A program made the translations under genes and the position numbers. From contig AP026135.1 of the NCBI GenBank assembly GCA_030295235.1, forward strand, positions 434,001 through 498,000: a DNA stretch of 64,000 bases, in the 5' to 3' direction. This document shows positions 39,029-50,546 of this stretch, piece after piece; the stretch's first letter is position 1; the number at the start of each line of letters is the position of its first letter. This DNA is from Fistulifera solaris (taxonomy: Eukaryota). The notes beneath the pieces were generated by a model that worked only from the letters and a program-made list of their open reading frames with translations, had not been told where the DNA came from and ran no database searches.

Positions 39029-40197
39029 TCAACCCGAAGGAGCAATACCATTGTCGACTCTCGTCCAGTCAAAGTCCATTACACCCTGACTCACAGTATA
39101 TCCTTGCATGCGGAACAAGTCGCGGAACATACCTCGGAGATACGCCACGTTGGGCTTGGCCTCGAACTTGAGAGATCGGCAGTACGCGAGGTACTCGGCA
39201 AACTGATTGGGGCAACCTTGGCATAAGGCCGGGATGGTCATCGATTGTTTCTTTTCCAAAATCAATTTGTATTTCCGGTTGGCCGATTTCGCCTGAATTC
39301 CCTGCCACGGGAGTCCTCCTTTCAAGAAGTACACGAGTACGTAACCAATCGTTTCCAAATCATCCCGTCGGGACTGTTCGACACCCAAGTGATTGTTGAT
39401 CGACGCGTAACGGGGCGTCCCGGTCAACGAACGACCTTCCCTCTGCGGAATGTGCTGCAGCGTACGGGGGTGACGGTACCGCTTCGCCAAGCCAAAGTCA
39501 ATGCAAAACACCATATTGTCGTTGCCTTTTCCCGTCACGTCCGTCACAAAGTTTGCCGGTTTAATATCTCGGTGAATGAGATGGCGCGAATGCATCAATT
39601 CCACGCGCTCCAACATTTGATCGGCAATGAGTAGTACCGTTTTGAGAGAAAAGCGACGTCCGCACTTGTTGAACTGATCCTCGAGCGAAGGACCGAGAAG
39701 GTCCATGACCATGAGGTTGTACGAGTCTTGCGTTCCGAAATAGTGCACTTTGGCAAAGCCTGGAGCATTCTGCAGCTCGCGGTATACTTTATACTCGTGA
39801 CGGAGCTGCGGGCATCGTGAGCCGTGCTTTTCAAATTTCACAGCAACCTAATGAATCAAGCCATGTGTTAGATTAGAATGAACATTCATATATAAATAAC
39901 AACGGCGTTATCCAAGCCTTATCAACATTCGTTTTCCTGACTTCCAGCCAAAGTCACGTATACTTTGTACTAAGACCGACACGGCCCCGCAACACAAAAT
40001 TTCATCGTACCTTCTCGCCATTCGCACCGACCCCGAGGTAGATATCACCAAAGGAGCCTCCACCCACTCGCTTGGTGATACGATATTTCTAAACAGAGAC
40101 AAAAACAACGAAAAATCAAGAGGGGTGAGTTACGTGATTCCCATGGTCATCGCACGTAAAACGCTACGTGAATTCGTACCGAGATGGCGGTCTGCAT
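39029..40197 (-). CDS. Casein kinase 1
   Basis: Exons MQTAIS (40197-40180), KYRITKRVGGGSFGDIYLG..EK (~40088-40011), then VAVKFE...LLGPSLED, HRDIKPANF, IDFGLAK, SLTGTPRYASIN, SRRDDLE, LPWQG. Confidence 0.92.
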
Positions 40198-40937
40198 CGC
40201 AAAAGGAACGTTCGCCGTTTTTTTGAGCCCACGACGAGGAAGAGACGAGAGAGAGAGCAGCGGAGACGGCGAAAGCCGAACCGGCGACCTTATGGCGACC
40301 GACTGGTCTACACGAATAGTGATACTACCCGTTGATTTGGTACTCGTTTGTTAGGAACGTGGTGCTGTCATTGTCATTCTCTTCAACTAATTAGGCTATG
40401 TGGAACGATAGAATGACGTCCCCGAAGTACTCTTTTGTATGCGGTCGAAAATTTGAAGACAGTTTCTTGTTTTGGGTTCCGCAGTTTTTGTGGAACTCTC
40501 CGAGTGCCGGGTTCAAGGTTACAGGACTTCGAGGGTGATTGTCCACTCCGCAAACTCGATGTACTGTACACGGAAAGGAACTCGACTTGGATGGTGGTGC
40601 ACAAAAGACGGGCAATGGACAAACGATGATGGAATGTCTCAATGTCCGGGTCCCCCTTTCTGCCACCGTCACACATTTTTCACACAACATCATCATCAAT
40701 CATCATCATCGCAGTCAGATTATCGTCCCTTGACAGTTAGTTGGCAGTTGTTGATTTCATTCTTTCCTTTGACATCGTTTTGTAAACCGCTCGTTGAACA
40801 TCCCAAGAAAAAAATAAGTCTACCAGTCAATCCTACGGAAATTGAGGCACTTGCTAGGGTGACGTTTTTCATAGGGTTGGAATTTCCGAAACGACGTAAT
40901 TGATTTTTTCAGCTCCTTATAAAGCTTTTTCTCGGCA

Positions 40938-42842
40938 ATGTGTGCAACCCGTTTCTTCAACAAAAATAATACCCTTTCGGTCCTAATGCCGCTTCTATTC
41001 TTGTCACTGGTACAGCGGATCCACGGCTTTTCTCCAGTCCTATCCGGGCAGATTCGAACACGGCCTCATCGATGGATCCGCTTGGCGAGTTCGACCGTGA
41101 ACGACCTTTCGAGTGAAGAAAAGTCCGCGCTCGAAGAAAAAATCAAATCAACAGGAGATCAAATAAGGGCACTGAAAGAATCGGGGGCAAATAAAGATAC
41201 ATTCGCGCCATTGGTACAAGAACTCTTGAAACTCAAGGCCCAACTCGATCCTGCGCTGGCCAAACCTACCCAAACCAAAAAGACACAGCAACAGAAGAAG
41301 CAACACTCGAACGAAGAGGAATCGGATTTTATTACGGCGCGCTCGGTGGATTACTCAAAGTGGTACAATGATCTCATTCGCGTGGCGGGTTTGGCGGAAA
41401 CATCGCCGGTACGTGGATGCATGGTCATCAAACCGTGGGGAATGTCATTATGGGATCGGGTTCGCAACGAACTCGATGCCAAGATTCAGAATCGGGGTGT
41501 GGAGAATGCTTATTTCCCGCTCCTGATTCCCAAATCGTTCTTGTCCAAAGAAGCCGAGCACGTCGATGGCTTTGCCACCGAATGTGCGGTGGTGACACAC
41601 CACCGCTTGACGGCGGATCCGGACGGCAGTGGTCTGATTGCGGATCCCGAGGCCAAATTGGAAGATCCATTGATCATTCGTCCGACATCCGAGACCATGA
41701 TTTGGTACATGTTCCGCAAGTGGATCAATAGTCACCGGGATTTGCCGCTCAAGATCAACCAGTGGGCTAACGTGATGCGCTGGGAAATGCGAACCCGTCC
41801 CTTCCTCAGAACATCTGAATTTTTGTGGCAAGAGGGACACACGGCCCACGCCACAGCAGAAGATGCGGTCGAAGAAGCAAGGGCCATGTTGGATGTATAT
41901 GCCGATCTCTGTCAGGATCTTCTGTCGATCCCTGTCGTCAAAGGCGTCAAGAGTCCGTCCGAACGATTTGCGGGAGCGTCAGATACATACACAATTGAAG
42001 CCCTCATGCAGAATGGCTGGGCGCTACAATCCGGCACTTCGCACTTTTTGGGCCAATCATTTGGCAATGCGTTTGATGTTACTTTTCAGGATCAGAATGG
42101 AGAACAACAACCTGTTTGGGGAACGTCATGGGGCGTATCGACCCGCTTGTTGGGTGCTCTCATCATGACCCACTCCGACGATGCAGGGCTTGTCTTGCCA
42201 CCAAAGGTAGCACCTGTGCAAGTCGTAATTGTTACTATCCCACCGAAGAAATCAGACGGTCCAGAGGTACAGCAAAGACTCAATGCAGCAGTTGACGATT
42301 TGGTTGAGAAATTGAAAGCGAAAGGTATCCGGGTGAAAGTTGACGATCGCGACTATGTGCGAAGCGGTGCAAAGTACTTTGAGTGGGAACGAAAGGGTGT
42401 TCCTCTCAGGATTGAAATCGGTCCACGCGATGTTCAAAATGAAGTATGCGTGTTCAAATACAGAGTGGGCGATGTCGAAAGAAAAAGCGTATCGTGGGTA
42501 GATGCCGCGCAGATGGTTGAAAGTGGTTTGAAAGAATTTCAGAGTGCTCTCCTGGAAAGAGCGAACGAACGTCTGCAAGATGGTATTCGTCAAGGGGCGA
42601 CGTATGCGGAAATGAAAAGCTTATTGGAAAATGATGAGGCTTCGGAGTACAACGGTCCTGGACTTTTCCTCGTCCCATGGAAGTGCGATGCTGACAATGA
42701 AAGAAAAATCAAAGAAGAATGCAAGGCAACGATTCGATGCTATCCACTTAAAGAGAATCAGGAGGGCATGCATGAGGGCCAAAAATGCTTCTATAGTGGC
42801 GAAGAAGCAACTCATATGGCTCTATTCGGTCGCGCTTTTTAA
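40938..42842 (+). CDS. proS: Proline--tRNA ligase (archaeal/eukaryotic-type, organelle-targeted, WHEP-like N-terminal segment)
   Basis: YSKWY, PVRGCMVIKPWG, IRPTSET, RDLPLKINQWANVMRWE, FLWQEGHTAH, LQSGTSHFLGQ, SWGVSTR, KATIRCYP, FGRAF. Signal peptide with IHG-FSP; the real start may be 40986. Confidence 0.93.
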   Translation: MCATRFFNKNNTLSVLMPLLFLSLVQRIHGFSPVLSGQIRTRPHRWIRLASSTVNDLSSEEKSALEEKIKSTGDQIRALKESGANKDTFAPLVQELLKLKAQLDPALAKPTQTKKTQQQKKQHSNEEESDFITARSVDYSKWYNDLIRVAGLAETSPVRGCMVIKPWGMSLWDRVRNELDAKIQNRGVENAYFPLLIPKSFLSKEAEHVDGFATECAVVTHHRLTADPDGSGLIADPEAKLEDPLIIRPTSETMIWYMFRKWINSHRDLPLKINQWANVMRWEMRTRPFLRTSEFLWQEGHTAHATAEDAVEEARAMLDVYADLCQDLLSIPVVKGVKSPSERFAGASDTYTIEALMQNGWALQSGTSHFLGQSFGNAFDVTFQDQNGEQQPVWGTSWGVSTRLLGALIMTHSDDAGLVLPPKVAPVQVVIVTIPPKKSDGPEVQQRLNAAVDDLVEKLKAKGIRVKVDDRDYVRSGAKYFEWERKGVPLRIEIGPRDVQNEVCVFKYRVGDVERKSVSWVDAAQMVESGLKEFQSALLERANERLQDGIRQGATYAEMKSLLENDEASEYNGPGLFLVPWKCDADNERKIKEECKATIRCYPLKENQEGMHEGQKCFYSGEEATHMALFGRAF

Positions 42843-42882
42843 ATATCATAAAAAATGCTTTTAACATCCAGACAAGACTGCT

Positions 42883-44476
42883 TTACATCTCGCATTCCCA
42901 GCCGTGTTTATGTCTTAGTGTCCTAAGTCGCAGCCAGTAGCGATCGATTACGCTTGAAACATCATCGTTTGCGGACGACGATTCTCCATTAACACTGCTG
43001 GAAAGTTGAGGAACGCTGTTTTCGGCACTTTGGCAGGTTGCAGCCATCTCATTTCGCGGCAAATGAGGATCTAATTTTTCAATTGTAGCGGCTAAAAGAC
43101 TGTCGCTATCGGCTTTCCAAAATGAAATCAATGTCTCCTGTCTATCTATTGTATCTTGCATAAATTTCACGAGCTCGAGTAACGACTTTATAATTTTTTC
43201 GAAATCCGGCTGAATGGGGGATTCAGATCCACTTTTCGCCGACCCAAAAATCGAACCAAGAGTAGGAACAGTGTCTTTTGCGGGTGGAATGATCGGTGCA
43301 CGTTCGTTCGGTGCCGCATTTGAAGCACCGGCTAAAGTTTCCTGGGGGCTGCTTTTTCAACCTCTTCAGTGCATAAATTCATTTGCTGATATTTTTCAGA
43401 CAACTTGCTGATTCTCTTGTCAGTATGGTCAAAAGTGAATTGCCTATGTTGCTCCTTGTCGTGAAGATCTGATAGAGGCGGTTTGGGTGAGCTCGCATAC
43501 GGAGCTGGCTTGGTGTCTCTTTGGGGCTCAGTAAGATCCTTTTTGGGTATTTGTGGATTGTTGATTTCTTTAACAAAATCTAGTGATTGAATCAGCTCGT
43601 CGCGCTGTTTCTGCACTTGCTCCATGAGCGATCTCAACGATTCGTCGCGTTCTATGCTCGCGAACGTTTCGGAAAGTGTTGGTTTGCTGTCGCTTGGTAA
43701 GGAAGATTTTAGAGAAAATTTCGATCGCGCGTTTGGTGAGGCAAGATCTGGCGTTTCCAAGGATGTCGAGAGAGGGGCTTTGTGGTTCCTTGGAGAAACA
43801 AAGATTCGGCCCCCGATGTCTCGGGGGATGTGTCTGTAGCTTTCTTCTTTGTGAATGAGATTTTCGGTGACTGGTTAAACTTGTGCTCTCGCGTCAAGAT
43901 GAGATTTGTTTCGACTTTACATGGAGATTGGTGACGTTGGTTGTAAGAAAGTGGCGAAGTCTCCGTCCACCGCGATTCGTCGACTCGACGCGAATATCGT
44001 TCATGCTTCAAAGACGATGGATATAAGTACTGATCCTTGTTGTCTGTGAGAATCGGTGTTTTTACCGGCGTAGGTGGCTCTGGTGTTCGATGCAAGGAAT
44101 AAAATGGTGGACTCTTTCCTAAGGGTGTATGCATTGTGTCGTGTCGATGCTGCCGATAATGAGTCTCTTCCGATACTTTTCTGTTTTGCTGCCTGCGCGC
44201 TTCTTCTATTACAATCCGAAACGCTAAATCTTCTTCTGGACTATCGAGTATATCTATCGTAGGTTCACCTTGAAAGCTTGTTCTGTTCATTGTGTACGGT
44301 TGGCGTTCCGAATCCATTCTTGAGCTTCCTGTACTACCGGGAGGGTCTAACTTTGGCGATGCTAGTCGACTAGACCCTAACTTGTTGTCGTTTTCTGGAA
44401 GAATGTGCGGCCTGCTTTCTTTTCTGCCGCTGTTTGTATGGCGCGCGGCTGCAACAAATGACGCGGAATCCTTCAT
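42883..44476 (-). CDS. Uncharacterised, largely disordered protein
   Basis: Consecutive S/P/T-rich ORFs 43709-44476, 43332-43760 and 42883-43170 on the same strand, with apparent frameshifts between them. Confidence 0.5.
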
Positions 44477-44932
44477 CGTCGAATGGTTTTATGAGGTTCG
44501 CCCCGCCTAGTCTACGAAACTTTTACTGCTGAATACCTTTTGCGCAAGTCCAGAGTCCAGACCCGGTAGATATTCACGAATGGGGATTCAGTGTTATGAA
44601 AATGAATGAAATAGTCAAGTTCTTGAATGAAATGGTTTTGTTGGCATCGATCTCATTTTTTGACGTTTATGGGCTCTCTTTGTCGATGCGACATGGGTAA
44701 CGGGCGGTCTATAGCGTGCTCATGCGGCATTTTCATTTTTTTTTCATTAAGGTTCATTCGTCTCTATTAACCTACTAAAAACTTCTTACGTTGACATCTT
44801 TACACTCGTTGTACCAGGTAACCTTTGGGGTCGCTGGTCACAAATTTAAAAACATTCATTCAACTAACATTCTCAACCTGAAGCAACAAGGCTGACAGCG
44901 GTCGATCTCTTTTACAAGCGCAATTTGCTGTT

Positions 44933-46125
44933 TCAGAGGTTTCTCAACTTCCTTATCTTTTGATTGAACATGAATTGAAACTGATATTGCAGATCCTTCA
45001 ACGACGGTGTCGATATGGTTCCATCATATTCGATAAGCCCGTGCTCCGCTAGTTCATAAATACCCAGAACGTATTCTTTTGGATACTCATGAAGAACAAC
45101 TCCGTGGGCTCTTAACACTGCAGCAATTATGGGAAAGCTACTCCCGCTTGTGATGAGCACGTCGCTTTCTGTCATGTAATACAGTGAGTCTCGCACATCC
45201 AAGGTCGGGTAGGAACAATTGCCTCCAAAATACTGTTGGCAGAGATCGGGGAGAAAAGGGAAGTTTTCAAAAATTTCGCCGTCCCCGTAAAGGAAAACAT
45301 GGACGGGGATACGTCCGATTGACAAAACAGACGCAATCTGCGAAGCAATGTTATCAAAGTGCTCTTTTCTTGCATTCAAAACAATATCTCCTTGTCGCAC
45401 GTGCCACACGATGGTTAAAATCGGTTCATATTTTGGAAGTTCGCCAAGATCGTGAAGACTTCGTGAAGGAATGTATTTTGACCGTGTGAAAGCTTCCCGC
45501 ATACGCCATTTGACGCGATCAAAGGACCCGATCCGTGGTGGGTGCATGGTGCAGTAGCAAATTTCGGCGCTATCACAGCACCACTCCAATCGCGTCGAAA
45601 ACAAAGCGTTACATGAGTTCCTCTCCTCCTGGGATTGATTGACAACCACATCCCACCGGTCCAACACGGTCGTTACTGGGTTGCCGTTGGACAGCGCCGC
45701 AAGCTCCGACTTGGTGAACTCAGTCTCATTAAGTGGGAGGAATTCCATTAACCAATCGTAAGATCCATGCGTGCCGTTTTCCAACCAGATGTGGTCATCC
45801 AAGACAAAACAGAGTTTGTTTCCTCGGCCATTATCATACCAAAAATCACTTCCGTAACTTTGTGTCCCAGACCGGCAGCGAACGTTTGATCCATGGTGGC
45901 AAAGCGAAGACAATTCATGTCAATCGGACTCTTGCTGACGCTGAAACTGTATGCGTCCTCTACGCCTGTGATGAAATCGATTTTCTCATTGTTGCTCTTT
46001 TCTGCACAAATGGTGTTGATGCTCTCAACGAATTTGTTACGCACGACCGTTTCGTAGAATATGGAAGAGCACGCCAGGAAAACGCAAACGATCACAGCCG
46101 TAGATTGGTGGCATCGTGTCGACAT
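44933..46125 (-). CDS. Type II membrane glycosyltransferase-like protein (fucosyltransferase GT-B superfamily-like)
   Basis: N-terminal TM anchor; AGLGHK, IVWHVRQGDI (compare HVRRGD), SDVLITSGSSF. Frameshift ~45810. Confidence 0.55.
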
Positions 46126-47245
46126 CTCTACAGGATTGTTTACCAGCTTATCGTAGCTAACACAAGCACAAGAATAAGGTTCGAAAATTCAAAATCTTTG
46201 TGGCTTTATGATGTGGGGGAAAAAAAAGGGAGGAGGCCGGAAATTAAGCCACAAAGAAGCCAAGAGGAAAAGAAAGCGCATCGCGCGTAGGCGCGAGTAT
46301 CCAGTAGTCGAGAGGCAATAATACGGAGTATACACAGTAAGTTGGTAGAGCAGTGGTGATCGAAACGTACTTTATACCTTATTCCGAAATCGACTCGTGA
46401 CTCCAAAGTCCTTTTCTAACATCCTGCACTCTTCAGGAAGATGCGGGGAGTACCAGGTATGCCCAGCAAGGTGCGGGAAGCAGAGGTGCGTTCCCGTGTC
46501 TCCCAGAGGTCATTATTGTATCTTGTACCCCTGAGCCCCTGAGTATCATTTATATCCACTACAACCACTCATCATAGTAGTATGGTAGCATTCAGCATTG
46601 CTATTGACCAAGATGATTTAATTTGATACTCCGTATTTCCGCAACCAAAATGGTACAGTGATTCAGGAAACGGAGCTTCTGAGGACTGAGGACCAGAAGC
46701 CGAAGAAAAATGCAAATGAACGTCAAATTTGCATTCTGACTTGAGGAAATTAGGAATAAATATCAGTATAGTCTTAAAAGTAGTTGTAGCTTGGAAAAAT
46801 AATTACTACGTACATTGGCTCTCGTCTTTCATCGAATTCTGATGAAAGATGAAAGTGTGCAGCTTTCATTCGATGAAAGTTGAGTACTAGGTACTTTTAT
46901 CAAAACTGTCATTTGTCAAAGCTCACAGCTCACAGCACCAACATACTTCACTTAAGAGAAAAATATTTATACCCCTTTGGTCCCAATAATTGTTTTGTTC
47001 CAGTAAATGCAGAATGCGTCCTGAATCCTGAATAATCTGGCACTCAATGCTATTTCCTCCGTATTTCTATCTTCTATCTTTACTTGTGACTTGGTGTGTC
47101 ATTTCCCGCATCTTCTATTAACCCTTTCACTACCTGATACCGAGAATTTCGTTCATGTCCTCGCTCGCTGGCTCTTTTATGAAAAAAAAACTGTCGGCCT
47201 AAATAAAACGCCAGGCCCACCCGGTACCTGGTAGAATCGAACTCC

Positions 47246-47386
47246 GGAAAGGACGTTAAATTCTGCCTCCAGTACCGGGTACCGTACCGTACCCGGTACC
47301 GTACCGGAAGGGACGTCCACGACGAGGCAGAATTTTAACGCCGTTCCCTAGCGTCCATGACGACGCAGAATTTTAACGCCGTTTCC
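47246..47386. repeat. Composite intergenic repeat: ~24-bp imperfect inverted repeat around a GTACC-repeat palindrome, plus a ~35-bp direct repeat
   Basis: GGAAAGGACGTTAAATTCTGCCTC (47246-69) pairs with GAGGCAGAATTTTAACGCCGTTCC (47324-47); inner GTACCGGGTAC pairs with GTACCCGGTAC; 47314-47347 is repeated at 47352-47386. Confidence 0.85.
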
Positions 47387-47922
47387 TGTGATCTTGCAAC
47401 TTTCCTCTTGCATTGATGATAAATTGACGCCTCATCTTAACCTCTTACCCTCACGTACCTGTACTTGTACCTCCCAAACCTCCTCACAAAAAAAAGTATG
47501 AGAGGAGACCCGTGAAAAAAGGTGAAGAAGAAAGGAAGAAGAAAGTTATGACAAGTAGTGCATAGATAGCTAAGGACGAGGAACGAGGACTAGCTAAACA
47601 ACTTTCTATTGTAGGTGACAAAAAATTATTAAAGAAAAAGGTACCTTACTAGGTACCGGTAGTCCATGAAAATGAAACCTAGCGGCAGAACACTCCCTCG
47701 TAACCGTGACCGACGAATGATAGGTAGTCTGCCTTTCAACCGTCCCATAATTCTCGTCGACTAGCCTTTTGCGTACATGTCGAGCAACGTTAAACCCCTG
47801 CATTAAATACTCCGTACCTAGTACTCCGTACTTCATTATTTACTTTGCTGACATTATCTTCTTTATTACAGTAGACCCCCGCATTAATTCTCTTGTAAAT
47901 AATAATAATTTGTACGCGAAAC

Positions 47923-48564
47923 ATGCTGGGAGTTGCTGCCAGAATCGGGCATCTTGCTGCTTCGTCACGCGGCCTCCCGCGATGGACAGCCGCGGCGTTT
48001 TCTACGAACCTTCGCACTCCCGAGGACATGGCGGTGTTGCATCACGGGTTACGTCCCCGCTATGAGGCACCCAAATTCAAGTCTCCGCGGAAACGAGCCT
48101 CCAAATTACTGCAGGAACTGCAAGGTGAAGTGATTGAAAGCAACAAGGCCAACAAACCCGATGTCTGGGGGACACACTTTCGCGTGGGGGATGCCATTGA
48201 GCTCGTCATCGGACGTGAAAATGCCGAAAAGAACGAAATTGAAAAGATCCGCGGGGTTGTTCTCGGAGTCAGCCGCAAAGGACTCGATCACTCGGTGTTG
48301 TTGCGAGATGTCGTGTTTGGGCAACCCGTCGAACGCCGCATTTTGCTACATTCACCTCTCTTGCAGTCGGTCAAACTATTAGAACAAAACTTTGTTTACA
48401 AGGGTAAGCGAAAGGTGAAGAGAGCGAAGCTCTATTTTTGCGAGATCGCAATCCTGAGCGTAAGTACATTTCCAAATGTCGCGTACTTGTTTCATGCTTG
48501 TTTTTGGAAACACGCACTCACGGATTTCCCTCGCAAATTAGTTACTCGGGTTACGAAATGGTAA
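47923..48564 (+). CDS. Mitochondrial ribosomal protein bL19
   Basis: Arg-rich presequence; FRVGDAIEL, IRGVVLG..RKGLD.SVLLR, VERRILLHSP, KVKRAKLYFLRD. Frameshift in T-run ~48437; intron ~48460-48541. Confidence 0.87.
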   Translation: MLGVAARIGHLAASSRGLPRWTAAAFSTNLRTPEDMAVLHHGLRPRYEAPKFKSPRKRASKLLQELQGEVIESNKANKPDVWGTHFRVGDAIELVIGRENAEKNEIEKIRGVVLGVSRKGLDHSVLLRDVVFGQPVERRILLHSPLLQSVKLLEQNFVYKGKRKVKRAKLYFCEIAILSVSTFPNVAYLFHACFWKHALTDFPRKLVTRVTKW

Positions 48565-48827
48565 TATTATACATACGACACAAGTAAGGAGTAATTGATA
48601 ATGTTACTGAATCGAATATTAGTCAAAATGAACAAATTTCGTAGATAGATATTTCGAATCCCTGTGCAACAGCATTCGTATCTATCACGACAGATTTCAA
48701 AACGATTTGATCGAATCGTATGCCAGTAAGGTGCTTGCCGTGAAAAATCGGTCTAGTATCACGGCGAACGCTGCAAATTATTATTAAATGCGTTACATAC
48801 AATTAGCGATAGCAATGAGGAGGCATT

Positions 48828-49990
48828 TCAGTTGCCTGCCTCGACGGGTTTAAGAGCCGCTGGAACGTCCACAACCGATGATGATGTTTGATCGGATGAA
48901 GCCGCATTCAGCGGCAGCTGGTCCTCTGGCAGTTGCGACAAAAACGCCGCTTTCACAAGCTCTTGCAGTTCCGCTTCGGTCCGGCCCGCAGAATCAATGG
49001 CGGGATGGACATGCAGATGCAATTTTCCACGTCCCGGTTGCACGGGAAACAACGAGACACTAGGCATCACAGCGTGGGCGTGAGATATGGTAATGGGAAT
49101 GATGGGGACACCGGCCTTGGTCGCCATCGAAAAAAGACCCCTTTGAAATCCATCAGTCGACCGTCCTGAGACCGTTTCCCTTCCGGAAATGCCATGATGG
49201 GTACTCCATTTTGAGCCAATTCAGTCCGTCTTTGAATGTACGAAGCTGTGATCTTTTGTCTTCGCGATCAATGATAATGTGATCGCCCTGTTGACAACAA
49301 TGAGTAAAGTGAATGAATTTACAAACACAAATACAATTCCAACTTACTCCGGTGAGTTGTTGACCTATGCAAGGAACATTTTTGAGTTCTCCTTTGGCGA
49401 TGAACTTGAAGACAGGGTCAAGGACGGTGCAAAGAATGGGAATGTCCAACCAAGACGCATGGTTGGCGACGTAAAGACACGGCCCCTGACCCTGCCGTAG
49501 CGACTCAATTTCTCCCGAGTAGGTTGGGATACTATTGGTTAAAGCGAGCCACGATTTCGCCCAGATTTTACCCGTCCTAAGTGTCGAACATGAGAAGTCA
49601 TGTTTCATCTTAAGAGAAATCACAAAGATCAGAAACTTACTTATCGTAAATGGCTCGTTGCGGATCAAAGTCTTCATTCATGTTGTGTGCCATTTTCACC
49701 ATGCTCATGGCTAGGGTCCATATGGGAGCTAACGTCAGAGACACCACAGCACACCACAAGCCAAAGGCATTGACCACTTTTATCGAGCTTTTGTCTTTAT
49801 TGAGAGTAATGATCGGATTGATTTCTTCCAGAGAAAGAAAATAACTATGCTTCCGGTGATCGTCCTGCTCTACAACGCTGTGAATTCGAGTGATCGAGCT
49901 GGAGACAGTCGGCCGTTGTGGAAGAAAAGCATCGGCTTGAAAGACGTAGAATAAAACGGTTGCAATCGGCAACTTTCCGACTTGTCTCAT
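48828..49990 (-). CDS. Plastid 1-acyl-sn-glycerol-3-phosphate acyltransferase (LPAAT)
   Basis: Bipartite signal with ADA-FLP; YVANHASWLDIP, FKFIAKGEL, FPEG.RS.DGR, VPIIPITI. Introns ~49640-49578 and ~49348-49289; small frameshifts. Confidence 0.87.
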
Positions 49991-50546
49991 TCTCGTAAAA
50001 TAGTTTCTTTACAAGATGATAGGATTGACAGTAGTTGAAAAGAATAGCCGATTGAACGGAGACGATTTCTTTTCAATCGAAAGGTTTGGTAAAGCAAAAG
50101 TGATTCGGCAGATTCTCACACACCCCGTTTTGGCAAAGAGGTTGAGGCAATACTGGTAAGTTGAAGCCTGTGATGTGCGTGTGGCGTGAAACGAGATGCG
50201 AGTGGATGGCATGTGCATCCCGAGGCACGTACAGATTCGTTGCAGTGTGTATCATGCCAAAAGTAGGTGAGAGGGTCCACGTCATGCAATTTTTTTGTGA
50301 CGAACATTTCTGAGTTTATGTTTGCTCTAGTTGTGATCGATACCGAACGGTTAAAGACGTTTAGCATCACAGTTGCGTCCCACGTCACACAAACACCGCA
50401 AAAGAAAGGTTTCCCGTTTCTTCGTCTTGCGTCTTGCGTCATTCGTTTGCTGCCCCGTTATTGTCGTTTACCTTTCTCTTCTTTCTATGAAGCAAAAGTG
50501 TAATTCATTTCATCGAACACACACGACAAACAAACTATACAAAAGC

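Noticed and set aside
46400..47700. tRNA or snoRNA genes in the large intergenic region
   Set aside because: No cloverleaf or convincing C/D or H/ACA box arrangement seen by eye; a covariance-model scan would be needed to exclude them.
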